Positions 38,644 to 51,139 of a stretch of 64,000 nt of DNA are shown here, piece after piece. Made by a program: the position numbers and the translations under genes. Every line of letters begins with the position of its first letter. Positions within the stretch are counted from its first letter, which is position 1. The stretch spans positions 19,552 through 83,551 of the forward strand of contig DYWZ01000018.1 in NCBI GenBank assembly GCA_020742395.1, given 5' to 3'. The stretch is from Enterococcus columbae (GTDB lineage: Bacteria > Bacillota > Bacilli > Lactobacillales > Enterococcaceae). The notes beneath the pieces were generated by a model that worked only from the letters and a program-made list of their open reading frames with translations, did not search any database and was not told the DNA's origin.

Positions 38644-40908
38644 TTAAGCTAGGTCAATAGTGATTGTATCAACTAATTCATAAGGTTGATCGTATAGTTT
38701 GATAGTGATAGTATCTCCACTTAATTTTTTCACGGTGACTTGTTTTTGATCTACTTTAATGGCTAATAAGCGATTGCGATAATTAATATGGAAAGCATAG
38801 TCTTGCCAAGCTTTTGGTACAAATGGCGCAAAGCTTAGGGTTTCGTTTGCTGTCTTCATTTGGGCAAAGCCTTGTACAATCCCTAACCAGCTACCAGTCA
38901 TTGAAGTGATATGCAAGCCGTCTTCAGTATCATTGTTGTAGTTATCAAGGTCAAGACGTGCGGTACGTTCATACATTTCTATCGCTTTTTCTTCCATCCC
39001 CAATTCAGCTGCTAAAATAGCATGTATACAAGCAGAAAGGGAAGATTCATGTACGGTCATTGGTTCATAGAAATCAAAGTTTTTACGTTTTTCTTCCAAA
39101 GTAAAGTGATCGCCGAAGAAATAAATTCCTTGTAAGACATCAGCTTGTTTAATAAAGCATGAACGTAAAATCTTATCCCATGACCAATTTTGATTTAATG
39201 GTAAATCACTGACAGCTAAACTAGCGACTGGACGTAAATCTTTATCTAAGAAAGTATCATGTTGAACAAAGACACCTAATTCTTCATCGTAAGAGAAGTA
39301 CATTTTTTCAATGATTTCTTCCCATTTTGCTTGTTCTTCAGGTGTAATTTCAATAATCGCTTGATCGGCGAATTTACGATAGCTTTCTAGCGTATATTGT
39401 AATACCCAACGTGCGATATAGTTGGTATACCAGTTATTGTTGATATTATTTTCATATTCATTTGGTCCAGTTACCCCATGAATCATGTATTTATCTTTGC
39501 GTTTAGAATAATGCACACGATCAGCCCAGAAACGAGCAATACCAGTTAATACTTCTAACCCTTCTTTTGCTAGATAAGTGGTATCACCAGTGTAGTTAGT
39601 ATAGTTGTAAATCGCATAAGCAATGGCACCATTACGATGGATTTCTTCAAAAGTAATTTCCCACTCGTTATGACATTCTACACCAGTAAAGGTAACCATT
39701 GGATATAATGCCCCGGCTAAACCTTGTTGACGCGCATTGTGATAAGCTTGAGGTAATTGGTTATGGCGATATTTTAACAAGCTTTTTGTGACACTTGGAT
39801 CAGCTAATGATAAGTATAGTGGCACTGCATAGGCTTCAGTATCCCAATAAGTCGCACCGCCATATTTTTCACCAGTAAAGCCTTTTGGCCCAATATTTAA
39901 GCGTTCGTCTTCTCCGTAATAAGTTGAGAATAATTGGAATAGGTTAAAACGAATACCTTGTTGAGCAGCTTCGTCACCATTAATTACGACATCGGCTAAT
40001 TCCCAACGTTTTTGCCAAGCGTTTTGATGTTCAGCTTTTAAGCTAGCATAATCGCTGCCATAATTGTCAAATAGTTCAGCTACCTTAGTAATTTGTTGTT
40101 CAGGTGCAATATCGCGACTAGTTACAATAATCACTTCTTTTTCAAAAGTAACACTTTCATTTGTTTGTAACTCAAAACTAAATTGATTTGCCACCATTAA
40201 AGGCATTTCTAATAAAGCTTCACTTTCAAAATTGTGCTTCATTGCAGCAGTAACTGTAAACTGTGGCACACCAAATGGATTAGCGATTGTTTGCGCAGTC
40301 ACATAACTAAAGTTATTGCTTTCTCCTTGAGCAACTTCTTGCCAGAAGTGTTCATCATAGTTACTATCTTCGTTGGTTACATTGTTGTCTAGCATTGAAT
40401 TAATTTGAATGGTTGCCTGACCTTTTAAAACAGTAGCTTTCACTTGAATAAATGCTAATTCTTTTTTTGTAATACTTAAGAAACGTTCAAATTCAAAACG
40501 AACAGTGCAGTCATCTACATCAACGACAAAAGAACGACTTAAAATACCATTTTGCATATCTAATTCTAATAAGAAATCTTTTGGCTCAAGGGTAGCTAAA
40601 TCTAAGACGGTACCATTGATTAAAATTTCCATTGCTAGAAAGTCAATAGCATTAATTACTTTCCCAAAGTATTCAGGATAGCCGTTTTTCCACCAACCAA
40701 CACGAGTCTTATCAGGGAACCAAACACCAGCTAAATAAGTTCCTTTATGATGATCGCTACTATAAGTTTCTTCAAAATTACCTCGCATCCCCATATAGCC
40801 ATTACCAATACTTGTTAATGATTCTTGTAAACGACGATGTGTACGATCCAATTTAGTTGTACTTACTTTCCAAGGATCTACATCGAATAAGCGCATAATT
40901 TGTTTCAT
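38644..40908 (-). CDS. malP: Maltose phosphorylase (GH65)
   Basis: [39 protein letters not shown]. Confidence 0.92.
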   Translation of the reverse strand: MKQIMRLFDVDPWKVSTTKLDRTHRRLQESLTSIGNGYMGMRGNFEETYSSDHHKGTYLAGVWFPDKTRVGWWKNGYPEYFGKVINAIDFLAMEILINGTVLDLATLEPKDFLLELDMQNGILSRSFVVDVDDCTVRFEFERFLSITKKELAFIQVKATVLKGQATIQINSMLDNNVTNEDSNYDEHFWQEVAQGESNNFSYVTAQTIANPFGVPQFTVTAAMKHNFESEALLEMPLMVANQFSFELQTNESVTFEKEVIIVTSRDIAPEQQITKVAELFDNYGSDYASLKAEHQNAWQKRWELADVVINGDEAAQQGIRFNLFQLFSTYYGEDERLNIGPKGFTGEKYGGATYWDTEAYAVPLYLSLADPSVTKSLLKYRHNQLPQAYHNARQQGLAGALYPMVTFTGVECHNEWEITFEEIHRNGAIAYAIYNYTNYTGDTTYLAKEGLEVLTGIARFWADRVHYSKRKDKYMIHGVTGPNEYENNINNNWYTNYIARWVLQYTLESYRKFADQAIIEITPEEQAKWEEIIEKMYFSYDEELGVFVQHDTFLDKDLRPVASLAVSDLPLNQNWSWDKILRSCFIKQADVLQGIYFFGDHFTLEEKRKNFDFYEPMTVHESSLSACIHAILAAELGMEEKAIEMYERTARLDLDNYNNDTEDGLHITSMTGSWLGIVQGFAQMKTANETLSFAPFVPKAWQDYAFHINYRNRLLAIKVDQKQVTVKKLSGDTITIKLYDQPYELVDTITIDLA

Positions 40909-40949
40909 ATCTTTTTCCTCCAATTGAATTAACTCACCTATATTTTAAA

Positions 40950-40963
40950 CGCAAACGGTTGCG
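40950..40963. promoter_or_regulatory. LacI/MalR operator between -35 and -10 of the malP promoter
   Basis: CGCAAACGGTTGCG palindrome; minus-strand TTGACT directly adjacent. Confidence 0.75.
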
Positions 40964-41052
40964 TTAGTCAAGCGAAAGTTAGAAAAAAATAAAAAGAATA
41001 ATTTTGAAACGAAAACTAGCTATAAATTAGCTGTTTGTTGTTGCGTAAACAA

Positions 41053-41066
41053 AGGAATCGATTGCG
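41053..41066. promoter_or_regulatory. Second LacI/MalR-type operator
   Basis: AGGAATCGATTGCG imperfect palindrome. Confidence 0.5.
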
Positions 41067-41182
41067 TTAGGTAAGTAATTTTATAAGAATTTAAGTCGTA
41101 AAGGTAATGGGATGAAGTAGAACAATTACAGAAAGATTGGTATAATAAGTATAAGTCTGAAAATTTGAAGGGTTTGAATTAG

Positions 41183-41830
41183 ATGCAAACAGTAATTTTT
41201 GATATGGATGGTGTATTGGTGGATTCTGAATATACCTTTTTTAAAAGTAAGTCAGATATGCTAAAAGAAGCAGGACATCCAGTAGCAACGAGCTATCATT
41301 ATCAATTTATGGGCACCACTTTTACTTATATGTGGGAGCAGATGAAAGCAGAATTCGCTTTACCTCAATCAGTTGAGGAATATATCGCAGAGATGAATCA
41401 AAGACGAAAAGCAATTTTCCAAGAAACAGGGGTTCGAGCAATCAAAGGTGCAGTAGAGCTGGTTCGAGCGTTACACCAAGCTAATTTTACATTAGCAGTA
41501 GCTTCAGCTTCTCCTAAAAATGAAATTGAGCAATATTTGACAGAGCTAGGGATTATTGATTGCTTTAGTGCCTATGTCAGTGCTGATGAAGTCGAACATG
41601 GCAAGCCGGCTCCAGACGTGTTTTTAGAGGCCGCTAAGCGAATTCATCGCAAGCCAAGCGAATGTATTGTTTTTGAGGATACGAAAAACGGCAGTCGTGC
41701 AGCGAAAAATGCGGGGATGTATACGATTGGCTTTGCAAATCCAGACTATCCTAAGCAGGATTTATCAGCAGCCGATGAAATTGTCAGTGATTATCAGCAG
41801 GTTGATATTGAACGTTTATTAGCTATGTAG
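41183..41830 (+). CDS. HAD-IA hydrolase (beta-PGM-like or sugar phosphatase)
   Basis: FDMDGVLVDSE, KPAPD, FED. Confidence 0.85.
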   Translation: MQTVIFDMDGVLVDSEYTFFKSKSDMLKEAGHPVATSYHYQFMGTTFTYMWEQMKAEFALPQSVEEYIAEMNQRRKAIFQETGVRAIKGAVELVRALHQANFTLAVASASPKNEIEQYLTELGIIDCFSAYVSADEVEHGKPAPDVFLEAAKRIHRKPSECIVFEDTKNGSRAAKNAGMYTIGFANPDYPKQDLSAADEIVSDYQQVDIERLLAM

Positions 41831-41975
41831 GTGTAGCAAAGCTTTGATTAAGATATTTAGTGTGGTTACTCAAACAAGAGAACGATGCTAGATATCTTTT
41901 TTTTATCCTTTATCTGGCGGTGTTTTAATCGTTAAACCTCTCATCAAGTATAAATAGAAAATACATTGCTCGTTC

Positions 41976-42050
41976 ACTTGAATAACTGTTCAAGTATCTA
42001 TTGACTTCTTTTTATCGCAGTAGTAAAATTAACATATGAACAATTGTTCA
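41976..42050 (+). promoter_or_regulatory. cad promoter with two ArsR/SmtB-type operators
   Basis: TTGACT(42001)-17-TAAAAT(42024); palindromes ACTTGAA-N6-TTCAAGT (41976-41995) and TGAACAATTGTTCA (42037-42050). Confidence 0.8.
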
Positions 42051-42084
42051 AGTATACAATTGAAATAATATCGGAGGTGATAAT

Positions 42085-42459
42085 GTGGCAAGGAAAATTC
42101 AACCAACTGAAAGATGTGACTGTGATGTTATACATGAGGATACTGTTAACCAAGTTCGAGAAAAAATGCCTCAAGAAGAAACCTTATATGATCTTGCGGA
42201 GCTATTTAAGGTCTTTGGGGATTCAACAAGAATTAAGATACTCTGGGCGTTAGATGAATCCGAGATGTGCGTTTGCGATATTGCATTCTTATTGAATATG
42301 ACCCAATCAGCAATTTCTCATCAGCTAAGAGTCTTAAAGCAGGCTGAACTAGTAAAGAGCAGAAGAGAAGGAAAGATTGTATTCTACTCCCTTGAAGATG
42401 AACATGTAAAGCAAATATTTGACCAAGGATTAATTCATATTTCAGAAGAAAGTAAGTAA
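42085..42459 (+). CDS. cadC: ArsR/SmtB metal-responsive repressor
   Basis: CDC, FKVFGDSTRIKIL, MCVCD, SHQLRVL, DEHV. Confidence 0.88.
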   Translation: MARKIQPTERCDCDVIHEDTVNQVREKMPQEETLYDLAELFKVFGDSTRIKILWALDESEMCVCDIAFLLNMTQSAISHQLRVLKQAELVKSRREGKIVFYSLEDEHVKQIFDQGLIHISEESK

Positions 42460-42471
42460 AGGTGGGTAGTG

Positions 42472-44598
42472 ATGTTAAAGAAGGAAATAATTTTAGAAGG
42501 ATTAGATTGTGCAAATTGTGCAGCTAAAATGGAAAAAGAAATAAGCGGTTTAGAAGGAGTGGAGTTTGCTGCAGTAGATTTTATTTCAAAGAAACTAACA
42601 ATGGAAATAAGTCCGAAAGTCAACCGTACTGAATTAAATGAGAAGATTGAAGGCATTGTAAAAAAAATCGAACCGGATGTAAAGATTGTTTTTGAGAAAG
42701 ATACATCTAAGGCCAACATAAAAGAAAATAATGAAGAGGAAGAAGAAGGTGTCAACAAAAAAGAAATCATAAGACTTGTGGTCGGTGGAGCAATATTTGC
42801 CGTGGGAATCATCTTTAATTTCCAAAATTGGCTTGAGCTTACCTTATTTATTATTAGTTATATTATAGTTGGTGGAGAGGTTGTCTTAAGAGCAATAAAA
42901 GGTATTGCCCGTGGACAGGTATTCAGTGAGCATTTTCTAATGAGTATTGCTACCATTGGTGCTTTCTTCGTTGGAGAGTATCCAGAAGGTGTAGCAGTTA
43001 TGCTGTTCTATCTGGTAGGTGAATTGTTTCAGGATATAGCTGTAGGTCACTCCAGAAAATCAATAAGTGCTTTGATGGATATACGTCCTGACCATGCAAA
43101 TCTTAAAGTTGGCGATGAGATCAGGAAAGTATCTCCTGAAGAGGTAAACATAGGTGACATCATTATTGTTAAGCCAGGAGAAAAAGTTCCCCTCGATGGC
43201 AAGGTTATAGAAGGAAACTCAATGGTTGACACTGCAGCGTTAACAGGGGAATCTGTTCCTCGTGAACTCGAGCCAGGAAACGATGCATTGAGCGGATTCA
43301 TTAATAAAAATGGCGTTTTGACAATAGAGGTAACAAAGGATTTTGGTGATTCAACTGTATCTAAAATTTTGGATCTGGTTCAGAATGCCAACAGTAAGAA
43401 AGCTCCTACAGAAAAATTTATAACAAAATTTGCGCGTTCCTATACTCCGATTGTAGTTTTTGGAGCATTAGCCTTAGCAATCATACCTCCATTGGTGATC
43501 CCGGGTGCAACTTTCTCTACATGGATATATCGAGCCTTAGTGTTCTTAGTTATATCTTGTCCATGTGCGTTAGTAATTTCAATACCATTGAGCTTCTTCG
43601 GAGGGATTGGTGGAGCATCGAAGAGAGGTATATTAGTAAAAGGCAGTAACTATCTTGAAGCGTTGAACAATGTGGAAACAGTTGTTTTCGATAAGACGGG
43701 AACGCTAACAAAGGGTGTATTTGAAGTTGTGAATATCAACTCTCAAATTGATTTTACAAATGAGGAATTGATTGAATATGCAGCATTTGCTGAAAGTCAC
43801 TCAAGTCATCCAATTGCACTATCCATTTTGAAAGTCTATAACAAAGATGTCGATATCGCTAAAATTGAAGACTATGAGGAAATTGCAGGTCATGGGATTT
43901 TAGCTAAAGTTGGTGGTAAAGAGATTCTTGCCGGAAATAGCAAACTGATGAATAAAGAAAACATTAAATATCAGGAAGTTGAGACTATGGGTACAATAGT
44001 ACATGTTGCAGTAGACAAGAAATATGCAGGCAATATTGTAATCTCTGACGCAGTGAAGGAAGATTCAGCTGATGCGATTAAAGGATTGAAGGCATTAGGT
44101 GTTAGAAATACGGTTATGCTTACTGGTGATTCGAAGGCAGCTGGGGAAAAAACAGCAACCCAACTTGGAATTGACAAGGTGTATACTGAATTGTTACCGG
44201 CCGACAAGGTAGAAAAAATTGAGGATCTGGAAGCTAAGAAATCTCATAAGGGGAAAATTGTATTTGTTGGAGATGGTATCAATGATGCACCAGTACTTGC
44301 GAGAGCTGATATTGGCATGGCAATGGGCGGCTTGGGGTCTGATGCTGCAATTGAAGCAGCTGATATAGTTATCATGACGGATGAACCATCAAAAATTGTC
44401 ACTGCAATTAAAGTAGCAAAAAGGACTAGGAAAATTGTGATGCAAAACATTGTGTTTGCATTAGGGGTTAAAGCCATATTCCTTGCACTTGGTGCGGTGG
44501 GAGTTGCAACTATGTGGGAAGCTGTATTCGCTGACATGGGTGTGGCATTAATCGCAATATTAAATGCAATGAGGGTAATGAATACAAAAAGTATATAA
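42472..44598 (+). CDS. cadA: P1B-type Cd/Zn-exporting ATPase
   Basis: LDCANCA, CPC, DKTGT, GDGINDAP. Confidence 0.92.
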   Translation: MLKKEIILEGLDCANCAAKMEKEISGLEGVEFAAVDFISKKLTMEISPKVNRTELNEKIEGIVKKIEPDVKIVFEKDTSKANIKENNEEEEEGVNKKEIIRLVVGGAIFAVGIIFNFQNWLELTLFIISYIIVGGEVVLRAIKGIARGQVFSEHFLMSIATIGAFFVGEYPEGVAVMLFYLVGELFQDIAVGHSRKSISALMDIRPDHANLKVGDEIRKVSPEEVNIGDIIIVKPGEKVPLDGKVIEGNSMVDTAALTGESVPRELEPGNDALSGFINKNGVLTIEVTKDFGDSTVSKILDLVQNANSKKAPTEKFITKFARSYTPIVVFGALALAIIPPLVIPGATFSTWIYRALVFLVISCPCALVISIPLSFFGGIGGASKRGILVKGSNYLEALNNVETVVFDKTGTLTKGVFEVVNINSQIDFTNEELIEYAAFAESHSSHPIALSILKVYNKDVDIAKIEDYEEIAGHGILAKVGGKEILAGNSKLMNKENIKYQEVETMGTIVHVAVDKKYAGNIVISDAVKEDSADAIKGLKALGVRNTVMLTGDSKAAGEKTATQLGIDKVYTELLPADKVEKIEDLEAKKSHKGKIVFVGDGINDAPVLARADIGMAMGGLGSDAAIEAADIVIMTDEPSKIVTAIKVAKRTRKIVMQNIVFALGVKAIFLALGAVGVATMWEAVFADMGVALIAILNAMRVMNTKSI

Positions 44599-44903
44599 GC
44601 CTACATGATTTATTAACCCCTTGATTTATTTCCTCAAAGATAAAAATTTTTAAGGAAATGGGACTTGTATTTCTTGCACACAATTTTAGAAAATTAGTAA
44701 CTAGAGTAAGGAAATATGAGGGAAAAATAATCATACAAAACCAAATATAGGGGGAAAATCCTCTATATTTCATCCAAAAAAAACAAAAATCGAAGGCATC
44801 TTTTTCATTTACCATACCACTTAACGTATTATATTCACCACTTGTCGTAAAAGGATATTTTGCTGTCCTTTTTTTGTTATTATTTTAGCGAGGTGAGTGT
44901 GTA

Positions 44904-45489
44904 ATGTACTTAATCGAAACAAAAAATCTATCAAAAAAATACGGACAACAGCTAGCTGTCAATCGACTAAATATTAAAATTGCAGCAGGTAAATTAACTG
45001 GTTATTTAGGGACAAATGGTGCTGGAAAATCAACAACGATTCAAATGCTTACTAAAACCTTAATGCCTAGCTCTGGAGAAATTCTATATGCCAATCAAAA
45101 TAAGACGATAGCGATGGGTGTGGTATTCCAAAATAGCGTTTTAGATGATGAATTGACCGTCTTTGATAATTTGTTTTTAACGAGGGCAAATGTATCAAAA
45201 AACTGAAAAACAGGCAATTATTTCATTGATGAAAAAAACAGGAGTCTATTTGTTTGCTAAAAAGAAATATAGTGAACTTTCAGGTGGCATGCGAAGAAAG
45301 GTTGATATTACCAGAGCGTTAATTAACCAACCTGCTATCTTATTTTTGGATGAACCGACAACTGGTTTAGATCCACAATCAAGAAAAGAAATCTGGGCAC
45401 TATTAACATATTTTTACGTAGAAGGGTTAGTTTCTTACAGTCTTTATCGTTACGGCGTTTGTGAAAAGTTTTGGTGTGTTAGATTTTGA
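44904..45489 (+). pseudogene. ABC transporter ATPase, frameshifted (~45180) and 3'-truncated; no permease
   Basis: GTNGAGKST in one frame; LSGGMRR and FLDEPT in the next; similarity ends after EIWALL. Confidence 0.8.
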
Positions 45490-45553
45490 TTGCGAAAATT
45501 TTTTATGTACTAAAAAACCTTACTACTAGTTTACTAGCAGTAAGGTTTTTCAT

Positions 45554-46228
45554 TTATTCAAAAGTGTCATTTGGATATTTTTTCTTTAAGGCAGTGAGAA
45601 TTAAGCGTTTAGCCAAAATTTCATTTCTAGCTAAAATAGGTCCGTGGAAATAGCTACCAAAGACATTACGATAGATGACACCTTCTGTGCCATCTTGGCC
45701 ATTATTGCCATTTCCTTGCAAGACTTTACCTAAAGGACGCTCATTTTTGCCTAAAAAGGTCATTCCATTATGATTTTCAAAACCGTAGTAGGTCTCGTCA
45801 AATTCTTCATTATAGATTTTCGTATCGCCGATAAATCGGTGATTATCTTGGCTTAAGGTATAATGATCCAATGCAGAGATTCCTTTAATTTGTTCACCGT
45901 GGGCACCAATATAATAATGACCAAGTAATTGATAACCGCCACAAATTGCTAACATCACGCCATCATTTTCAATGTATTGAATAAGGGCATCTTTTTTGCT
46001 AGGTAAATCCTCTGCAACGATGACTTGTTCAAAATCTTGACCGCCACCAAAGAAAATCAAATCAAAGTTTTCAGGTTTAAATTCTTGATGAATACTAACA
46101 ATCTCAGTGGTTAAAGTAATACCCATTTTTTTAGCGACATATTTTAACATTAAGAGGTTGCCGTTATCACCATAAGTATTTAGGAGGTTACCGTATAAGT
46201 GACAAAGATGTAATGCATAATTAGCCAC
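45554..46228 (-). CDS. gatD: Lipid II amidotransferase glutaminase subunit
   Basis: YGDNGN, GGGQD, ICGGYQ, GFENH, SYFHGP. Confidence 0.93.
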   Translation of the reverse strand: MANYALHLCHLYGNLLNTYGDNGNLLMLKYVAKKMGITLTTEIVSIHQEFKPENFDLIFFGGGQDFEQVIVAEDLPSKKDALIQYIENDGVMLAICGGYQLLGHYYIGAHGEQIKGISALDHYTLSQDNHRFIGDTKIYNEEFDETYYGFENHNGMTFLGKNERPLGKVLQGNGNNGQDGTEGVIYRNVFGSYFHGPILARNEILAKRLILTALKKKYPNDTFE

Positions 46229-47573
46229 GATCCATTCCTCCTTTGATATAACCTTTTTCAGCTAATTTTTTACGTAATTGCAAGACTGCGGTATAAGTAG
46301 CTAAGATATAGACGTTTTCTGTTGGTAAAGTAGCAATCTTAGCGATGACATCATCTAATTCTTTCACTTCAGTTAGTTTATCTTCTTCAATGCCCGCTAC
46401 TTTTAAGCGTAAAGCCATATCTTGATGGCGTTGTCCACCGGCAATGACCTGTGGAATATCCATAGTAGCGAATGCTTCGTGATTACCATCCCAAATCCAG
46501 CTAACATCAATGCCATCTGCATAATTAGCATTTAACAGGCAGACTAAAGAAAATGGATAAGGGGATAGACCAATCATATCGATTACTTGATTGAGTCCAA
46601 CTGGGTTTTTAACTAAGACTAAGGTACAACGTTTGCCATCAATTTGAATGACTTCTTGTCGACCAAAGACTTTTTCATCATAAGCTAGACCAGCTTTAAT
46701 TTTTTCAGGACTTACCTGATAATATTGTGCTACAGCAGTTGCAGCTAGAGCATTGTAGATATTATACATTCCGCCAACTTCAATAGCATATTCATGATTA
46801 TCAATGACAAATTGTGCGGAAGTATTAGTCGTATGCACTAAGTCGGTTAATTGATAGTCTAATTCAGGACGTTTAAAGTCACAGTTTGGACAATAATATT
46901 TACCTAAATTAGCATAAGTAATCATCTTATAGTGTAAGATATGATGGCAATGTGGACATAACACACCATCAGTATTATAATGCGCCATTTGTTCTACATC
47001 TGCTTGATGATTAAAGCCGTAATATTTACGTGGATTCACGGTTTCTATTGAGTTAAAAATTGGTGAGTCACCATTAGCTAGAATAGTTGCTTGTGGTGAT
47101 TTAGCTGCACCTTCTACAATTAAGCGATAAGTCGTATAAATCTCACCGTAGCGGTCCATTTGATCACGAAAAATATTAGTAAAGACGAATAATTTAGGCT
47201 TAATATATTCAGTGACTTTACTTAATGAGGCTTCATCAATTTCTAAAACGGCAAATTTCTTTTGACCTTTTTTAGGTTTAGCCGAAAGAAAGGTCGATAC
47301 AATTCCTTGAACCATGTTTGCACCAGTAGGATTGGTCAATACTTCATTAAATTCTTGTCTTAATATATTTACAGTCAAAGCAGTGGTTAAAGTTTTCCCG
47401 TTGGTACCGGTAACCACGACTACTTCATAATCTTTTGCTAAATAATCTAAAATTTTTGGATCAATTTTTAAAGCCAATTTTCCTGGTAAGCTTGAGCCAC
47501 CTTTTAAAAAGGTCTTTAAAAACCATTGTGAGCTTTTGCCAATAAAGGTTGCTAAAAGACTCCGAATGCGCAT
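46221..47573 (-). CDS. murT: Lipid II amidotransferase synthetase subunit
   Basis: [31 protein letters not shown]. Confidence 0.93.
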   Translation of the reverse strand: MRIRSLLATFIGKSSQWFLKTFLKGGSSLPGKLALKIDPKILDYLAKDYEVVVVTGTNGKTLTTALTVNILRQEFNEVLTNPTGANMVQGIVSTFLSAKPKKGQKKFAVLEIDEASLSKVTEYIKPKLFVFTNIFRDQMDRYGEIYTTYRLIVEGAAKSPQATILANGDSPIFNSIETVNPRKYYGFNHQADVEQMAHYNTDGVLCPHCHHILHYKMITYANLGKYYCPNCDFKRPELDYQLTDLVHTTNTSAQFVIDNHEYAIEVGGMYNIYNALAATAVAQYYQVSPEKIKAGLAYDEKVFGRQEVIQIDGKRCTLVLVKNPVGLNQVIDMIGLSPYPFSLVCLLNANYADGIDVSWIWDGNHEAFATMDIPQVIAGGQRHQDMALRLKVAGIEEDKLTEVKELDDVIAKIATLPTENVYILATYTAVLQLRKKLAEKGYIKGGMDRG

Positions 47574-47768
47574 CAAATTCCCTCCAAACATTATCTATCA
47601 TGCATAGTTTATATCATACCATAATTACTACAGAATGGATAACGCAAAATCAGATAAATAATCGTTTAAAAAGAATTAATGAAATTTTAAAATGAAGTAA
47701 TCAAGATTGTCGAATTTGCCTTTTTTTGATACAGTTAATACAAATAAATAAGGAAGATGTGAGGTTGT

Positions 47769-48341
47769 TTGAAAAATTTTTTACGCGAATGGGGCATAGT
47801 TATTGTCGCATTGTTACTGATTGGTGCAATTCGATTATTTGTTTTTGAACCTGTCATTGTTAATGGCCATTCAATGGACCCAACTCTAGCTGATGGGCAA
47901 CGTCTAGTCATTTCTAAAGTCTTTAATCCAGAGCGTTTTGACATTATTACGGTAAAAGAACCAGATGATCCCAAAACGACGGCTGTCAAACGTTTAATCG
48001 GTTTACCTGGTGATACAATAAAATACCAAGATGATCAACTATATATTAATGGCAAAAAATATAGTGAAGAATATTTAGCCGATTTTAAACAAAAATTATC
48101 AGATGATCATTTAGCTAAAGAGTATGCTTACGATAAATATTTCCAACAACGAGCAGAGACATCTAGTACATTTACCAATAATTTTGAAACCGTGGTACCT
48201 AAAGGTAAATATTTTGTTTTAGGAGACAATCGCTTAGTTTCAAAAGATAGTCGCATTTTTGGTTTTGTTGCCGCAGATCAAATTAAAGGCGAAGTTGTCT
48301 TGCGTTATTTTCCATTTGATAAAATGGGAAGTGTGAAATAA
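47769..48341 (+). CDS. lepB: Type I signal peptidase
   Basis: GHSMDPTL, VKRLIGLPGD, GDNR..SKDSR. Confidence 0.92.
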   Translation: MKNFLREWGIVIVALLLIGAIRLFVFEPVIVNGHSMDPTLADGQRLVISKVFNPERFDIITVKEPDDPKTTAVKRLIGLPGDTIKYQDDQLYINGKKYSEEYLADFKQKLSDDHLAKEYAYDKYFQQRAETSSTFTNNFETVVPKGKYFVLGDNRLVSKDSRIFGFVAADQIKGEVVLRYFPFDKMGSVK

Positions 48342-48514
48342 GAATAGATCAAGAAATGGATGAACAAGTACAGTCTAGCTCATTCATTTCTTTTTTTCTG
48401 AGAAGACACTACTTCATTATAAAATGGTAAAAGCATTGATTTTCAGAAAATATGACTATAAAAATCTTAAAATTTCAAGTATAATAGCAAGGGAATAAAT
48501 TGAGGAGTGGAAAA

Positions 48515-49105
48515 ATGGCGCAACTATTTTTTAAATATGGGGCAATGAATAGTGGAAAATCAATTGAGATTTTAAAGGTTGCCCACAATTATGAAGAACA
48601 AGATAAGCCGGTTGTTTTGATGACTAGTGGATTAGATACCCGTTCTGGTGTAGGTAATGTTGCCAGTCGCATTGGTTTAGAAAGAAGTGCAATTCCGATT
48701 TTTGAAGAAACCGATGTTTTTGAGATTGTTCGCAATCTAGATTTCAAGCCTTACTGTGTGTTGGTGGATGAAGCCCAATTTTTAAAGAAACACCACGTCC
48801 TAGCTTTTACTAAAATTGTAGATGAATTAAGTATTCCAGTAATGGCGTTTGGCTTAAAAAATGATTTCCGCAATGAGTTATTTGAAGGCTCGCAATATTT
48901 ATTGCTTTATGCCGATAAGATTGAAGAAATGAAGACCATTTGTTGGTTCTGCCATAAAAAAGCGACGATGAATCTTCATTATGTTGATGGCAAACCAGTT
49001 TATGAAGGCAATCAAGTCCAAATTGGGGGAAATGAAGCCTATTATCCAGTTTGTCGCCATCATTATTTTCATCCTGAAATGAAATATGAAATAAGGCTAA
49101 ATTGA
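48515..49105 (+). CDS. tdk: Thymidine kinase
   Basis: [15 protein letters not shown] zinc site. Confidence 0.95.
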   Translation: MAQLFFKYGAMNSGKSIEILKVAHNYEEQDKPVVLMTSGLDTRSGVGNVASRIGLERSAIPIFEETDVFEIVRNLDFKPYCVLVDEAQFLKKHHVLAFTKIVDELSIPVMAFGLKNDFRNELFEGSQYLLLYADKIEEMKTICWFCHKKATMNLHYVDGKPVYEGNQVQIGGNEAYYPVCRHHYFHPEMKYEIRLN

Positions 49106-49136
49106 TTCATCAAATACCAAAGAAAGGAAGTAAGCA

Positions 49137-50210
49137 ATGTACGATCAGTTACAAGCAATTGAAGACCGTTACGAAGAATTAGGAGAATTATTAAGTGACC
49201 CTGAAGTAATTGCCGATACGAAACGTTTCATGGCATTATCAAAGGAAGAAGCCAATACAAGAGAAACCGTTGAAACCTACCGCCGCTATAAAGAAGTCGT
49301 TCAAGGAATTAAAGATGCTGAAGAAATGCTTTCTGAAAATTTAGATCCTGAAATGACCGAATTAGCTAAAGAAGAATTATCTGACTTGAAAAAGGAAAAA
49401 GAAGTCTTAGAAGGTCAAATTAAAATTTTATTACTACCAAAAGATCCAAATGATGATAAAAACATTATCATGGAAATTCGTGGAGCTGCTGGTGGGGATG
49501 AAGCTGCCTTGTTTGCCGGTGATTTATTCAATATGTATCAACGCTATGCCGAATCACAAGGCTGGAAGGTTGAGGTAATGGACGCTAACATTACTGGAAT
49601 TGGTGGCTACAAAGAAGTTATCATGATGATTACTGGAGATAATGTCTTTTCTAAATTAAAATATGAATCTGGTGCGCATCGTGTGCAACGTGTCCCATCA
49701 ACTGAATCGCAAGGTCGGATTCATACCTCAACAGCGACAGTGGTCGTTATGCCAGAAGCTGAAGAAGTCGAAGTAGAAATTGATGAAAAAGATATTCGTA
49801 CCGATATCTACCATGCCTCAGGTGCTGGTGGTCAGCACGTCAACAAGACAGCTTCTGCCGTTCGTTTGACGCACTTACCGACTGGAATTGTAGTTGCTAT
49901 GCAAGATGAGCGTTCACAGTTGAAAAACCGTGAAAAAGCGATGAAGGTCTTACGTGCGCGCGTTTATGACCAAATTCAACAAGAAGCACGTAGCGAATAT
50001 GATGCTAACCGTAAATCAGCAGTTGGTACTGGAGATCGTTCAGAACGGATTCGTACGTATAACTTCCCACAAAATCGTGTAACAGACCATCGAATTGGTT
50101 TAACCATCCAAAAATTAGACCAAATTTTATCTGGAAAATTAGATGAAGTGATCGATGCTTTAATCGTTTATGATCAAACTTCAAAACTAGAAGAGTTACA
50201 AAATGGCTAA
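49137..50210 (+). CDS. prfA: Peptide chain release factor 1
   Basis: PST, GAGGQ, RTYNFPQ. Confidence 0.97.
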   Translation: MYDQLQAIEDRYEELGELLSDPEVIADTKRFMALSKEEANTRETVETYRRYKEVVQGIKDAEEMLSENLDPEMTELAKEELSDLKKEKEVLEGQIKILLLPKDPNDDKNIIMEIRGAAGGDEAALFAGDLFNMYQRYAESQGWKVEVMDANITGIGGYKEVIMMITGDNVFSKLKYESGAHRVQRVPSTESQGRIHTSTATVVVMPEAEEVEVEIDEKDIRTDIYHASGAGGQHVNKTASAVRLTHLPTGIVVAMQDERSQLKNREKAMKVLRARVYDQIQQEARSEYDANRKSAVGTGDRSERIRTYNFPQNRVTDHRIGLTIQKLDQILSGKLDEVIDALIVYDQTSKLEELQNG

Positions 50211-51036
50211 AACTTATCGAGAAGTCCTACAGTGGGCTTCTTCTTTTTTAGAAGAAAAACAGGTAGAAGGTAAAGCGATTGAATACGTCTTTTTAGCACG
50301 GATGGGCTGGAATAAGACGCAATGGCTCTTACATATGAATGAGCCGATTTCAAAGCAAGCTTATGAGCAAATTCAAGCTGATCTTGCCAAATTAGCAACG
50401 CATTATCCTCCACAATATTTATTGGGATTTGCCGAATTTTATGGTTATCAGTTCAAAGTGACGGAAGATACCTTAATTCCTCGCCCAGAAACCGAGGAAC
50501 TGGTCGAAAAATGTTTACAGCTTATCCCCAATGAACGAGCAATAAAGCTAGTTGATATTGGGACAGGAACCGGAGCAATTGCCCTGACGTTAAAAAAAGA
50601 ACGACCTAATTGGCAAATCAGTGCGGTTGATCTATCTTTAAAAGCCTTAGCTGTTGCCAAGGAGAATGCTGAAAAGCTCCAAACCACGATTCAGTTTTAT
50701 CATAGTGATTGTCTAAGTGAAGTGGATGAACAGTTTGAGGTGATTGTCTCTAATCCACCTTATATTAGTGTCGATGAATGGCAATTCATGGATCAAAGTG
50801 TCCGTGAATTTGAACCCAAAATGGCTTTATTTGCTGAAAAACAAGGCTTGGCTATTTATGAAAAAATCGCTGAGCAAGCTAAAGAAAAATTAACTGCTAA
50901 TGGAAAAATCTTTTTAGAAATTGGGTTTCAACAAGGTCAAGTAGTAAAAAAAATCTTCCAAGAAGCTTTTCCTACCAAACAAGTAGGCATTTATCAAGAC
51001 TTATCTGGACAAGATCGCATGATTATCGTGCAATAA
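50203..51036 (+). CDS. prmC: Release factor glutamine methyltransferase
   Basis: [19 protein letters not shown]. Confidence 0.95.
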   Translation: MAKTYREVLQWASSFLEEKQVEGKAIEYVFLARMGWNKTQWLLHMNEPISKQAYEQIQADLAKLATHYPPQYLLGFAEFYGYQFKVTEDTLIPRPETEELVEKCLQLIPNERAIKLVDIGTGTGAIALTLKKERPNWQISAVDLSLKALAVAKENAEKLQTTIQFYHSDCLSEVDEQFEVIVSNPPYISVDEWQFMDQSVREFEPKMALFAEKQGLAIYEKIAEQAKEKLTANGKIFLEIGFQQGQVVKKIFQEAFPTKQVGIYQDLSGQDRMIIVQ

Positions 51037-51045
51037 TGGGGAAAA

Positions 51046-51139
51046 AGTGGAAAACTTATCCACAAATTGTGGAAAAAAACAAAAAATGTGTATAAATCAA
51101 AATAAAATGAATTAAAGGATGTGGATAACCTGTGGAAAC
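51046..51139. promoter_or_regulatory. DnaA-box cluster upstream of tsaC
   Basis: Perfect TTATNCACA at 51056(+), 51087(-), 51120(-); near-matches at 51046, 51068, 51131. Confidence 0.8.

Noticed and set aside
42044-42253. 69-aa ORF overlapping cadC
   Set aside because: Starts within the operator and overlaps cadC out of frame
44510-44815. 101-aa minus-strand ORF after cadA
   Set aside because: No motif, overlaps cadA, no convincing RBS; likely junction DNA
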